NCBI GenBank assembly: GCA_022646745.1
Contig: CP060262.1
Location: 30,001-62,000 of the forward strand
Direction: 5' to 3'
Source: Planctomycetales bacterium
GTDB taxonomy: Bacteria > 4484-113 > JAFGCY01
Length of the DNA stretch: 32,000 nt
The position numbers were made by a program, and so were the translations under genes. The notes under the pieces are model-generated. The model saw nothing but the letters and a program-made list of their open reading frames with translations, was not told where the DNA came from and made no database searches. Within the stretch, counting starts at the first letter, position 1. Each line of letters opens with the position of its first letter. Shown here one piece after another: positions 1 to 8,670 of the stretch.

Positions 1-1289
1 AGGAAGTCCTCTTCTTGCACGGACACATTGCAGATCCCTTGCAGGGCCTGGTCGAAATGCTGCTGGTACTTTAATTTCCCGGTGATGTCCCACATTACCA
101 ATGTATCCGATCTTTCTGAGCCTGGGTTTTCCATGGCGATGGCTGCCAGCATTCTTTCTCCTGCGTAGTCGAACTCACACATCCGGGAATTCCTGGTCCG
201 TGGAAAATCCATCGACAGCCAGCCCTCAGGCAATTGCCTTGCCGTTTCACTTCCCGTAGAAACATTGATAATCGCACGGTAAGTAACCACTTCAGCAATT
301 CCATCTTGCGCGAAGTCCACGGCATAAAACACCGAGCCACTGGAAGGTGAAGGTGAGACACCGTCGATCCAGGTCACATCCTGATCCATCCCATAAGCAC
401 GATACTGCCAGTTTCCCAGCTTCATGGCTTCCTTGTCTGAACTTGCAAGGAATTCCGCCCTGCCATCATTGTCTAGATCCATGAAGCAGTCCACTAGGTT
501 GCCGCGCACATCCTCCGTATAGAACAGCTCGACTCCGTTTAGTCCATAGATATGCACAGGGGCGGAATACCTATGTCCGAACTGCTCGCCCAGCAGCAGG
601 TCCACGAAGCCGTCGCCATCCCAGTCCGCTCTGTATTGTGGGAATCCGTTGTCCTGTCCAGTCAGGGTGCACATTAACTCACCCTTTGTCGTCAGCACCT
701 GCATTTCGTTTGTATGCCCCCAGTCATTGCCGGGGTCCGGAATGCTGCACAAGAGCTCCATCACGCCATCGCCGTCACAATCCCATGCAAGGTCCGGTGC
801 TGAAATGAATCCATCCAGCGGAAGCTCCCTGACTTCTCCTCCGGGAACTTGCAGTATCTGCATGCCTCCACTGTGGATGCTAAGCAGTTCCCATCCTGAA
901 TCATCGTCAAAGTTGCCAGCCAACACCGCACTGTCATCCTTCCTGCCATCAGGGTAAGCAAGGAGTCTCCTCCACTCAAGTGCGTTGCCAACGGTAGTTC
1001 CGGTTTCATGCCTGTCATTAACATTCTGTAGCTCAATCAATTTGCCGACTATGATGCTGAAAACCTCGTCCTCTGATTTTCCAACGGTAGACTCCTTGAA
1101 GTACAGCTCATCAAAGCCAGCCCTTTCCAGCAATGCTTTGTCCACCTCTGATTGACAGGCCCAGGCTTTTTCAAATGCAGAGCTGGATCCTTTTGCTTCT
1201 GCATCCTTCGAGGAGTTTTCCAGGCAGGAAATCAAGCCTCCCAAAACAAGGAGCAAGCCAAGCATTAACTTCAAGCCTCTGGCGAGCAT
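1..1289 (-). CDS. FG-GAP/VCBS-like beta-propeller lipoprotein, paralog A (3' end runs off the window)
   Basis: It is absent from the ORF track because there is no stop in the window. My own minus-strand translation from ATG 1289 gives MLARGLKLMLGLLLVLGGLISC (lipobox LISC). It then shows GNFDDDSGWELL, WDCDGDGVMELL, ADWDGDGFVDLL, MDLDNDGRAEFL and the family C-terminal motif SDTLVMWDITGKLKYQQHF. I saw no in-frame stop down to position 1. Confidence 0.75.
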   Translation of the reverse strand, partial: MLARGLKLMLGLLLVLGGLISCLENSSKDAEAKGSSSAFEKAWACQSEVDKALLERAGFDELYFKESTVGKSEDEVFSIIVGKLIELQNVNDRHETGTTVGNALEWRRLLAYPDGRKDDSAVLAGNFDDDSGWELLSIHSGGMQILQVPGGEVRELPLDGFISAPDLAWDCDGDGVMELLCSIPDPGNDWGHTNEMQVLTTKGELMCTLTGQDNGFPQYRADWDGDGFVDLLLGEQFGHRYSAPVHIYGLNGVELFYTEDVRGNLVDCFMDLDNDGRAEFLASSDKEAMKLGNWQYRAYGMDQDVTWIDGVSPSPSSGSVFYAVDFAQDGIAEVVTYRAIINVSTGSETARQLPEGWLSMDFPRTRNSRMCEFDYAGERMLAAIAMENPGSERSDTLVMWDITGKLKYQQHFDQALQGICNVSVQEEDF

Positions 1290-1312
1290 GCCTTGTGATT
1301 GACTGAGTTCCA

Positions 1313-2752
1313 TCACTCCCCCTCCACCCCCAGCAGCAGTTCCTGGGCCGTCAGCACAGCTACTCGCCGGCCGTCGGCGTCCAGCTCGAAGTCGTCAATG
1401 TCCACCCCGAAGCGTGTGTCAAACACAACCTTGCCTGTGCTGTCCCAGCCCACCAGTGCATCCCGTTCGAGGATGCCGACACGCTGCGGCCGCCCGAGCA
1501 CCATGCGCTGCCCGCCGAAACTGGCAATCCGCAGCTCCGGGGTCCGCAGCGGCTGGATCAGCCAGTCATCCCAGCCCTCCGGCGTATCAAGCCTGAGCGG
1601 CTCGCGTCCGACGCGCGCCAGCACCTTCTCGCAGAGCAGCTCGTCAATCCCGTCGCCATCAACGTCCACCGCGCAGGCCGGTGAATCCAGGCCCTCGATG
1701 CAGGGGATCGCCTCAAACAGCAGGAAGCCGTCCACCATCCTGAGCAGGCTCACTCCGTGCGGCTCCTCTGAGGCACGCATCACGATCCCCTCGCCTCCGC
1801 TGTCATCCAGCCGCGCACTGAAGGCGAAGCTGGTGATGCCGATCACGCCCATTTCCCGGACGACCGCGCCATCCTCATAGAGGTACAGCTTCGAATCAGC
1901 GCCCCTGTCATCCCAGCAGACCAGCTCCCGCTCGCCGTCGCCATCGAGGTCGGCCATGCAGTAGTTTCCATCTGCGATCTGGGGCGGCGCATCCTCCACC
2001 TGGGCTCCATCCATGTCCCGCAGGTTGTAGATGAAGTCGCCGGAATTACCGCTCCTTTCCATCTGCTTCCAGTCCAGCACCCGGAACTCCGGCTGACCGT
2101 CGGAGTTGTAGTCCAGCAACTCATAGGCTTCCAGTCCGGCCAGCCCGGGCAGCTCCCCGCTCCCGCCGCCGAACCCGTACCAATGCAGCTTGCCGGCCCC
2201 CATCGTCTCGTCGGCATTGGTATCCTGGTAGGTGAACTCCGGCCTGCCGTCGCCATCCATGTCGAATCGGTGCAGGCGGCCGCCCATCCACCAGCGTGAC
2301 GGCCGTTCATTCGCCAGCAGCAGTTGCCAGTCCAGCGTTGATCCCTCTTTTACCATGGGCGGTCTTTCCGCGAATGGCTTTGTCGCCAGCACCGCAGTAT
2401 GCATCGTCCGCTTCGCATGGCCGTAGTAACTCTCGGCATATCTGGAGGTCCACCACTCGAGGCCCTGCCCACGCGCCTCCAGCGCCTTGCGTTCCTCCTG
2501 CTTGAGGCGCAGCCACAGCTCGGTGATGTTGATGCGGTCGGCGGGGTCATGCTCTGCCGGGTCCGGGTCGAGGTTCTCCGGCGAGTCCGGCTCTGCCTTA
2601 GTGGCAAATGGCTCATTTTCGGCACTCTTCGTTGCATTGCCCTGTGTCCCGGACGAATCAGGCTGCTGGTCGCATGCCGCCAGCAGGCAGAGGATTGCCA
2701 ATGGAGCCAGCATGGCAATGCTCCACTTCGTAATCAGCCCCCTGCGGTTCAC
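1313..2752 (-). CDS. FG-GAP/VCBS-like beta-propeller lipoprotein, paralog B
   Basis: ORF track gives 479 aa. The GTG start overlaps the upstream stop (GTGA). The signal is MNRRGLITKWSIAMLAPLAILCLLAAC (lipobox LLAAC), followed by the helix ELWLRLKQEERKALE. Ca-loop-like repeats are FDMDGDGRPEF, LDYNSDGQPEF, ADLDGDGEREL and VDVDGDGIDELL. Confidence 0.85.
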   Translation of the reverse strand: MNRRGLITKWSIAMLAPLAILCLLAACDQQPDSSGTQGNATKSAENEPFATKAEPDSPENLDPDPAEHDPADRINITELWLRLKQEERKALEARGQGLEWWTSRYAESYYGHAKRTMHTAVLATKPFAERPPMVKEGSTLDWQLLLANERPSRWWMGGRLHRFDMDGDGRPEFTYQDTNADETMGAGKLHWYGFGGGSGELPGLAGLEAYELLDYNSDGQPEFRVLDWKQMERSGNSGDFIYNLRDMDGAQVEDAPPQIADGNYCMADLDGDGERELVCWDDRGADSKLYLYEDGAVVREMGVIGITSFAFSARLDDSGGEGIVMRASEEPHGVSLLRMVDGFLLFEAIPCIEGLDSPACAVDVDGDGIDELLCEKVLARVGREPLRLDTPEGWDDWLIQPLRTPELRIASFGGQRMVLGRPQRVGILERDALVGWDSTGKVVFDTRFGVDIDDFELDADGRRVAVLTAQELLLGVEGE

Positions 2753-4170
2753 TGCCCGTCCCTCACATCCGCCAGCACCATGATCGCATTGGCGGTACGC
2801 ATAACCAGCCTGTCCTGCTGTCCATCCCAGACGGCGTACAGCCTGTCAATCTCGGATTCGGAATATTCGTGGTAGATAAGCTTCCCTGCGCTGTCCCAGA
2901 TCAGCAGGGTGTCACTGCGCTTGCCCTCCGGCTTCTGATAGACCGCCGCCGCGAAGCAGTTGCCCTGTGGCAGGTGCAGCGGGATGGCAACACATGGGAA
3001 AGCCCCGTATTGAATTGCCGCCCAGCCTACCGGCAGCTGCAGCTCCACGGCACTGCCGCTCGCCGGGCTGACAATCTGCCGCTCCGTCAGCAGCTCCGCT
3101 ACCCCGTCGCCATCGAGGTCGGCCGCACAGACCGGCATGTCCTGCGGCACGCCGTCACCCAGTCCCGGCACAGGCAGCTGCTCCTGGTCGAGGCCATATG
3201 CCCGCAGCGCGGAGGCCTTTGTGACCGGGCCGCCGGAGGTGCCCTGTGAGATCGCCTCTGCACGGCCGTCGCCATCGATGTCCGCCAGCGACCAGATGAT
3301 CGCCGGCATGATCCCCTCGGTGGACCAGGTTTCCGCTCCACCGTGTGCCAGGGCGATGATGCGGCTGCTGGACAGGTCATCCACCAGCAGCTCCAGCAAG
3401 CCATCTCCGTCCATGTCGCCAAGGTACTGCGTCGCCATCGGCAGGCGGCCATTGATCGTATCCAGCAGCTCACCGGATATGCCCACGATTTCCAGCCCGT
3501 TGCCACTGCCGCCGCTGCGCGCCCCACCCTCCGGGGCATAAGCCGTGCAGACCAGCTCGTCAATCCCATCACTGTCCCAGTCCCAGGCTATCGAACTGCG
3601 GATCGCATCCCAGCCGAGGATCGGCAGCTCAGTCATGCTGCCGTCGAGCTCCAGCAGCTGGCAGGCGTACTGCTCGCAGTGCAGCATCTCCTGCGTTTCG
3701 TCCCCGTCAAAGTTGCCAACCACCAGCGTGGCGTAGTCCTCATACTCACCGTTGAATGTGTCGAGGAACTTCCAGTAATACTGCGGCATGTCTATCGGAC
3801 GGCCCGGTTCGTGCCAGTCCTGCCCACGCAGGTACTGCGCCCGGCTGGCCAGCATTTCCGCAAACCCATCCACTGGCTTGCCATCAAATTGGATGCCAAG
3901 GCGCTCCAGGCCCATCCCGTCGCGCTCCAGCAGCCGGTGGTCCTCATCTGTGAGCGATTGCCAGACTGACTCTATTGCAGCCGCGTCCAGGCTTTCACCG
4001 GACTCAGCCGCACAGGGTTGGACAGCGGATTCATCAGGAACTGCTTCCTGTTGTACCTGCGGAGTGGCAACATCTGACCCATCGCCAACTGTCCCGGCCT
4101 GCTCCTGCTTCGGGCAAGCGTTGCACAAGAGCAACACTGCCAGCAGCAACACCGTTGCCAGCAGCCTCAC
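2749..4170 (-). CDS. FG-GAP/VCBS-like beta-propeller protein, paralog C (signal peptide, atypical lipobox)
   Basis: ORF track gives 473 aa. The GTG start sits in a GTGA overlap with the paralog D stop. The signal is MRLLATVLLLAVLLLCNAC, followed by VWQSLTDEDHRLLE. Repeats are GNFDGDETQEML, WDWDSDGIDELV, GDMDGDGLLELL, ADIDGDGRAEAI and ADLDGDGVAELL. The C-terminus carries SDTLLIWDSAGKLIYHEY. Confidence 0.85.
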   Translation of the reverse strand: MRLLATVLLLAVLLLCNACPKQEQAGTVGDGSDVATPQVQQEAVPDESAVQPCAAESGESLDAAAIESVWQSLTDEDHRLLERDGMGLERLGIQFDGKPVDGFAEMLASRAQYLRGQDWHEPGRPIDMPQYYWKFLDTFNGEYEDYATLVVGNFDGDETQEMLHCEQYACQLLELDGSMTELPILGWDAIRSSIAWDWDSDGIDELVCTAYAPEGGARSGGSGNGLEIVGISGELLDTINGRLPMATQYLGDMDGDGLLELLVDDLSSSRIIALAHGGAETWSTEGIMPAIIWSLADIDGDGRAEAISQGTSGGPVTKASALRAYGLDQEQLPVPGLGDGVPQDMPVCAADLDGDGVAELLTERQIVSPASGSAVELQLPVGWAAIQYGAFPCVAIPLHLPQGNCFAAAVYQKPEGKRSDTLLIWDSAGKLIYHEYSESEIDRLYAVWDGQQDRLVMRTANAIMVLADVRDGQ

Positions 4171-5576
4171 TGGGAGACCTTCAGCCTGTCATTTGTCTGC
4201 AGCATGAGCTTCTGCCCATCCGCGCCATTGATCACCTTCAGGTCCTGCAGCTCCTCACCGAGGTATTCCAGGTAGACCAGCTCGCCGGCGCCGTTCCACA
4301 TCGCCACTGTGTCCGAGCGGTACTCCTCGCGGCCCTCGATCAGGCGTGCCACCAGCAGCTTGCGCCCGTCCAGCTCGATCACGCCAAGCCCCATGCCCAT
4401 CCCCCAGGAGAGCTGCATGTCATCCCAGCTCTCCGGTTTGGCAAGCCGCGTCTTCTCGCCAGTCTGCGGGTTCAGCAGCGACGAGCCGGTCAGGATCTCC
4501 GCAAAGCCGTCCCCGTTGAGGTCGGCACACAGTGAAGGCGGGCCGGCCAGCGAGTTGTCCGACAGCCCGGGCACTTCCACCGGCTCCTGCCCCATCCCGC
4601 AGGCCATCACGCGTCCGCCGTAGGGTACGTTAGGGTCGTACAGCGGGGCCAGCAGCTCATCCTTGCCATCGTTGTCAATGTCTCCGCTGGCCATCTCCAT
4701 CAGGCTGATCGCCTCCTTCGGCTGCCAGACCAGCTTGCCCTTGCGCCCATAGGCCAGGACTTCAGGGACGTACTGCGGCCCGTAGTTCATCAGGATCAGC
4801 TCAGTATGCCCGTCGCCATTGACGTCCGTGCCGGAAGCGTTGCCCATGTCAATGTTGCCATCCAGTTCCGCGATCCGCTCGCCGCTCGTGCTGAGCACCA
4901 GTGTCTTGTACTCCTCCGCGCCGCTTTCGTCCTGCGTGAAGTTGTTCCAGTCCGTGGCGAGGAACTCGCCTATGCCGTCCCCGTCGTAGTCCCAGATCGC
5001 GGTTGCCATCAGCTGCTGGTTCGGGTCGAGCTTCAGCTCCTGCTCGCTGCCATCGAGCTGCACCAGCCACTGCACATCCTGCGACACCAGCAGCTCATCC
5101 TCGGGGTCAGAATCGAGGTTGCCGGCGAGCACCATCGAGTACAGGCCGTCCACGCTCTCGAAGTTGACCACGTCCTTCCAGGCCAGCGCCTTGCCGACCG
5201 GCACACCCTTGTCATGCAGCTCCATCGGGCGCAGCATCTGCAGCTGCGACTCCAGCATCATCTCGATCGAGGCGATGTCCATCGAGCCGACCATTCCGTC
5301 GGCGAAGCCCTTGTCCATGCCGGACTCCTCCAGCAGCTGGCGGTCCTCGGCGCTGAGCTTCTGCCACATCGCGTCCACTTCCTGCTGCGTGGCCGGAGTG
5401 CCCATCCCCGGCGCGGCGGCCGGTTGCTGGTTCTGGGCCTGGTTCTGGTTGTTGCTGAAGCCGTTGCTCAGCCCCTTGCCCGCCTGGTCCAGCAGGTCGC
5501 AGGATCCAAGCAGGCCAATGGCCAGTACCGCGAGCGTGGCAATTGCCAGCCTGCCGATCACCTTGAGCGCCGGCAT
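4167..5576 (-). CDS. FG-GAP/VCBS-like beta-propeller lipoprotein, paralog D
   Basis: The ORF track extends to 5828, but the first 84 codons contain no signal peptide. ATG 5576 gives MPALKVIGRLAIATLAVLAIGLLGSC (lipobox). ATG 5648 is an alternative start. The protein shows MWQKLSAEDRQLLE, GNLDSDPEDELL, WDYDGDGIGEFL, TDVNGDGHTELI, GDIDNDGKDELL, ADLNGDGFAEIL and the C-terminal SDTVAMWNGAGELVYLEY. Confidence 0.8.
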   Translation of the reverse strand: MPALKVIGRLAIATLAVLAIGLLGSCDLLDQAGKGLSNGFSNNQNQAQNQQPAAAPGMGTPATQQEVDAMWQKLSAEDRQLLEESGMDKGFADGMVGSMDIASIEMMLESQLQMLRPMELHDKGVPVGKALAWKDVVNFESVDGLYSMVLAGNLDSDPEDELLVSQDVQWLVQLDGSEQELKLDPNQQLMATAIWDYDGDGIGEFLATDWNNFTQDESGAEEYKTLVLSTSGERIAELDGNIDMGNASGTDVNGDGHTELILMNYGPQYVPEVLAYGRKGKLVWQPKEAISLMEMASGDIDNDGKDELLAPLYDPNVPYGGRVMACGMGQEPVEVPGLSDNSLAGPPSLCADLNGDGFAEILTGSSLLNPQTGEKTRLAKPESWDDMQLSWGMGMGLGVIELDGRKLLVARLIEGREEYRSDTVAMWNGAGELVYLEYLGEELQDLKVINGADGQKLMLQTNDRLKVSQ

Positions 5577-5668
5577 GCCGGCCAGTCTTGCATCAGTCTT
5601 CAAGTCCCTGCCTCCCGTACCGCCCGCTATGCCCGGCGGCTGATCCATTCTAACCAATGGCGCAGATA

Positions 5669-7306
5669 TCAGGGCGAGATGAGCAGGCGCGACTGGGTCA
5701 GCACGGCGAGACGCTGGCGGCCGCCATCCCTGACCACCGCGATTGAATGGAGCTTCTCCCCAAAGCGCTCGCAATACAGAAGCCTGCCCTGCATGTCCCA
5801 TATCCCGAGTGAGTCCGACCACATGCATCGCTCATCCACCATTGCCACCAGCACCGGCCGACCCCCGAAGTTCCATGCCACTACCTTGCCTCCGAACAGG
5901 TTGTCAAGCACCATGTACCTGGCGTCCGGAATCAGCTCCAGTGGAACGCCCTCGCCACCATCCAGTTCACGGATGCTGTTGTCAATCAGCAGTTCATCGC
6001 GCCCATCGGCATCGAAATCCGCCAGCACGGGCCGATTGTTGTCGCTTAGCCATGCGTCGTTTTCAACGGGCAGTTTGACGGGCTGCCATTTCCCCAGCTC
6101 CAACACTTGCAGGTAGCTGTATTGTTGATCGTCTGCTTCTGGGTTCGTGCGGCAGATCAGCTCATCCGTACCATCGGCGTCAATGTCACTGACCCACTGG
6201 AAACCATTGCCGGGGCTGTCCCCGCTGTCCAGCAACTCACCGGCGGTGGACCAAATCCAGTACATGTAATGCAGCGGGTCGCTCAGTTGCAGCGAAGTAT
6301 TTGCTGTCCCCACAAGGTCCTGCACACCATCGCCGTTGAAATCACCGCTCTGGAAGAAAATGGCATGCATCTCCACGCATGGAATATCAGTACTGCTGCC
6401 ATCCAGCTCATACACCGCAAGCAGCGAACGTCCGGCACGCTCCTCCTCGCTCAGTCCGTGGATCAACCTGGCAACAAGCTCAAGCTGGCCATCCCCGTCG
6501 AAGTCATATGATGTACCCTGCAGGGAAAACAACCTTTGCGCACTTTCCGCCCAATCGAGTTTCCTGTTCGATCCATTCAGTCTGACAAGTGTGAGCTGCT
6601 GGAATCCATCATTCAGCAGCAGTTCGTCCTGGCGCGGTTCACCCTCAAAGTTTCCACTATCAACTGTCTTGCCGAAGTCATCCGATGACTTCATTTCATA
6701 CAGCGTTTTCCATGTGATGGCGCTGCCCCGGGTCACTGCCGCTGGCCGGACCAGCAGTTCCCGCTGGTCGCGCACCTTGCCCTCGATCTCACGGTAGATC
6801 AGTTCGTAGTCGTCAGAGTGCTCCTGCACCAGCTCGGATATGTAATCAACCACAGTGCGCGGGCTGTCAGCCCTGCGGTTCAGCTCCCGGGCGTAATTGA
6901 CAAGATCCTCAGATGAGAAGTCCGAAGTCAGCTGCTCCATCAGTTCCGGGTATTGTTGCCACAGCAGGTCCGCCTGGAATTCCATTGCCGCCTGCCTGCG
7001 CTCTTTCGCAGCTTCCTCCGGCCCGCCATTCATATACCACTGCTCCGTGGCACCCACTCCCAGATTCAGGCCGCTTCGCAGCTTCTCAGTGGCTATTGCC
7101 AGGCGCTGTGGCAGTTCCTCTGCCGTAAAGCGATGTGTCCGTTGCGCTGGGATTCCATCCCCATCCGGGCGGTCCCCGGTGTCTTCAGCAGTGGAACTGG
7201 TGTTGAGACGCTGGAGCATGAACATAGCAAGCAGCCCGACTGCCGCCGCAATCAGCAGCAGCTCAAGCCAGATCCGCCAGCGATTCTTTCCCGTCCCCAC
7301 GGCCAT
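5669..7306 (-). CDS. FG-GAP/VCBS-like beta-propeller protein, paralog E (N-terminal membrane anchor, longer helical N-domain)
   Basis: ORF track gives 545 aa with an ATG start. The TM anchor is WRIWLELLLIAAAVGLLAMFML. Repeats are GNFEGEPRQDELL, YDFDGDGQLELV, GDFNGDGVQDLV, SDIDADGTDELI and ADFDADGRDELL. The C-terminus carries SDSLGIWDMQGRLLYCERF. Confidence 0.85.
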   Translation of the reverse strand: MAVGTGKNRWRIWLELLLIAAAVGLLAMFMLQRLNTSSTAEDTGDRPDGDGIPAQRTHRFTAEELPQRLAIATEKLRSGLNLGVGATEQWYMNGGPEEAAKERRQAAMEFQADLLWQQYPELMEQLTSDFSSEDLVNYARELNRRADSPRTVVDYISELVQEHSDDYELIYREIEGKVRDQRELLVRPAAVTRGSAITWKTLYEMKSSDDFGKTVDSGNFEGEPRQDELLLNDGFQQLTLVRLNGSNRKLDWAESAQRLFSLQGTSYDFDGDGQLELVARLIHGLSEEERAGRSLLAVYELDGSSTDIPCVEMHAIFFQSGDFNGDGVQDLVGTANTSLQLSDPLHYMYWIWSTAGELLDSGDSPGNGFQWVSDIDADGTDELICRTNPEADDQQYSYLQVLELGKWQPVKLPVENDAWLSDNNRPVLADFDADGRDELLIDNSIRELDGGEGVPLELIPDARYMVLDNLFGGKVVAWNFGGRPVLVAMVDERCMWSDSLGIWDMQGRLLYCERFGEKLHSIAVVRDGGRQRLAVLTQSRLLISP

Positions 7307-7340
7307 ATATGTATCCTAGCGCAGTGCCCGGCCAGGCTGC

Positions 7341-8546
7341 TCAGTCCACCACGGGCAATTCCGCCCTGCGCAGCTGCCCATCCACCCCCTGCAGGATGAG
7401 CACGGGTTGACTGCCATCGCTGACAACAAACAGGTGTCGCATCGGCTGCTTAAAGGTCCTGCGATAGACAATCCTGCCCTGCGCGTCCCAGATGAGCACG
7501 GTATCCTTTTCCATGTCCGAGACCGACTCGCCGACCAGTGCTGCCAGCGCAAACTGCCCGTCAATTTCCAGTTCACTGTACTCACTGCCGATATCAAACA
7601 CTATGAACTGCGCGGTCCAGTCCGCTGGACGCTCCAGCTCCATCACCGGCCCTGCAAGTGACAGCACCTTCAACTGGTTCGTCAGGATCTCAGCCTTGCC
7701 ATCCCCGTCCATGTCCGCGCAGTAGACCGCGTTGCCCCAGTGCTCCGCATCCTGCAGCTCAGCTATCTGCACAGGATCCTGCTCCATTCCGAAAACCCTT
7801 GAGTTGGGAGCATTGGACGCCAGGGCCTGGCGCGAAATGCCGAGCACTTCCTCGCGACCATCGCCATCCACATCCCCGACCGCCGGTACCGAGATTGAAT
7901 GCAGGTCAGGCTCATTCCAGAGCGAATTGCCGCTGCCGTCAATTGCATTCACCGTGTTGCCAACTCCCTCTGCATCCGGGATCGCCACCAGCAATTCCCG
8001 GCTGCCATTTCCGTCTATATCAACCAGGTTGCGGCTGAGCAGGGGTTTGCCTTCGAATTCCATGATTGCATGTCCCGAGAGGTCCACTACAGACATTTCT
8101 GACAGCAGCCTGCCGCTTGCGGCATTTCTGATGAGTTCGTACCTGACAACGACGTACTCACTCACGCCATCTCCATCACTATCCCACAGGCAGTCGACGG
8201 CCTTGTTGTCATATCCGATCAGGTTGGAATTCACGTACACTCCATCCAGGTCGTAGATCCGGTAATGGTCCCACAACAGCAGCAACTCGTCTGCCGAATC
8301 AGAATCAAGGTTGCCCGGCAGGAATGTTACGAGGTCCAGCATGGGAGGTCCGGCGTCGATAGCCACCCCCATTTCCTGCCAGGCGAGTTTCTCCAGCCTG
8401 CCCGTCAGATTGCCAGCTGACTTTCCACCGGTGTTGCGTTCCGTGCTGTCCCCGCTGCCCCTGTTGCATGAAACGAGCAGCACGAGCAACAATGCTGTAA
8501 TCACGCTGAAGTTTCCTGTCCAGCACATTTGCAGAGAACCGTCCAT
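7341..8546 (-). CDS. FG-GAP/VCBS-like beta-propeller lipoprotein, paralog F (first gene of the tandem run)
   Basis: ORF track gives 401 aa. The signal is MDGSLQMCWTGNFSVITALLLVLLVSC (lipobox LVSC); ATG 8528 is an alternative start. Repeats are GNLDSDSADELL, WDSDGDGVSEYV, VDIDGNGSRELL, GDVDGDGREEVL and ADMDGDGKAEIL. The C-terminus carries KDTVLIWDAQGRIVYRRTF. Confidence 0.85.
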   Translation of the reverse strand: MDGSLQMCWTGNFSVITALLLVLLVSCNRGSGDSTERNTGGKSAGNLTGRLEKLAWQEMGVAIDAGPPMLDLVTFLPGNLDSDSADELLLLWDHYRIYDLDGVYVNSNLIGYDNKAVDCLWDSDGDGVSEYVVVRYELIRNAASGRLLSEMSVVDLSGHAIMEFEGKPLLSRNLVDIDGNGSRELLVAIPDAEGVGNTVNAIDGSGNSLWNEPDLHSISVPAVGDVDGDGREEVLGISRQALASNAPNSRVFGMEQDPVQIAELQDAEHWGNAVYCADMDGDGKAEILTNQLKVLSLAGPVMELERPADWTAQFIVFDIGSEYSELEIDGQFALAALVGESVSDMEKDTVLIWDAQGRIVYRRTFKQPMRHLFVVSDGSQPVLILQGVDGQLRRAELPVVD

Positions 8547-8575
8547 TCAGCAATGTTAGACTGCGGTTGAATCAA

Positions 8576-8670
8576 AGTCACCTGGTCAATGAAACATTGA
8601 GTCAACTGTCACTGCGGCGGCTAGTCAATATTGACTCCGTGACTCCTTGACTTCCTGACTCTTTGACTCT
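8576..8670. repeat. Inverted array of 8-bp word repeats: GTCA(A/C) units then (TGACTNNN)x5, around the palindrome AGTCAATATTGACT
   Basis: TGACT occurs at 8632, 8640, 8648, 8656 and 8664, an exact 8-bp period. GTCA occurs at 8577, 8585, 8601, 8608 and 8624. A perfect 14-bp palindrome spans 8623-8636. Confidence 0.85.

Noticed and set aside
5577-5828. Upstream extensions of several track ORFs: 4167..5828, 12679 start, 14119 start, 16288 start, 19849 start and 25551 start.
   Set aside because: In each case an internal ATG yields a canonical N-terminus (a lipoprotein signal, the IspD P-loop, or the pyrG MSKYVFITGG). The extension either overlaps the neighbouring gene or runs through repeat DNA.
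4806-6116. A 436-aa plus-strand ORF across paralogs D and E. The same applies to the similar long mirror ORFs 17059..17895, 19368..20015, 27348..28178, 28181..29116, 15662..16237, 22146..22961 and 22971..23666.
   Set aside because: All of them lie antisense to genes with strong family motifs, give Arg/Ala/Leu/His-rich nonsense-like sequence, and span gene boundaries. They are typical open reverse frames in GC-rich DNA.
8576-8670. The short-period repeat arrays (8.6 kb, 10.8 kb, 12.5 kb, 15.5 kb, 27.3 kb, 31.6 kb), considered as possible CRISPR arrays.
   Set aside because: The units are 7, 8 or 18 bp and directly abut each other with no unique spacers. No cas genes are present.
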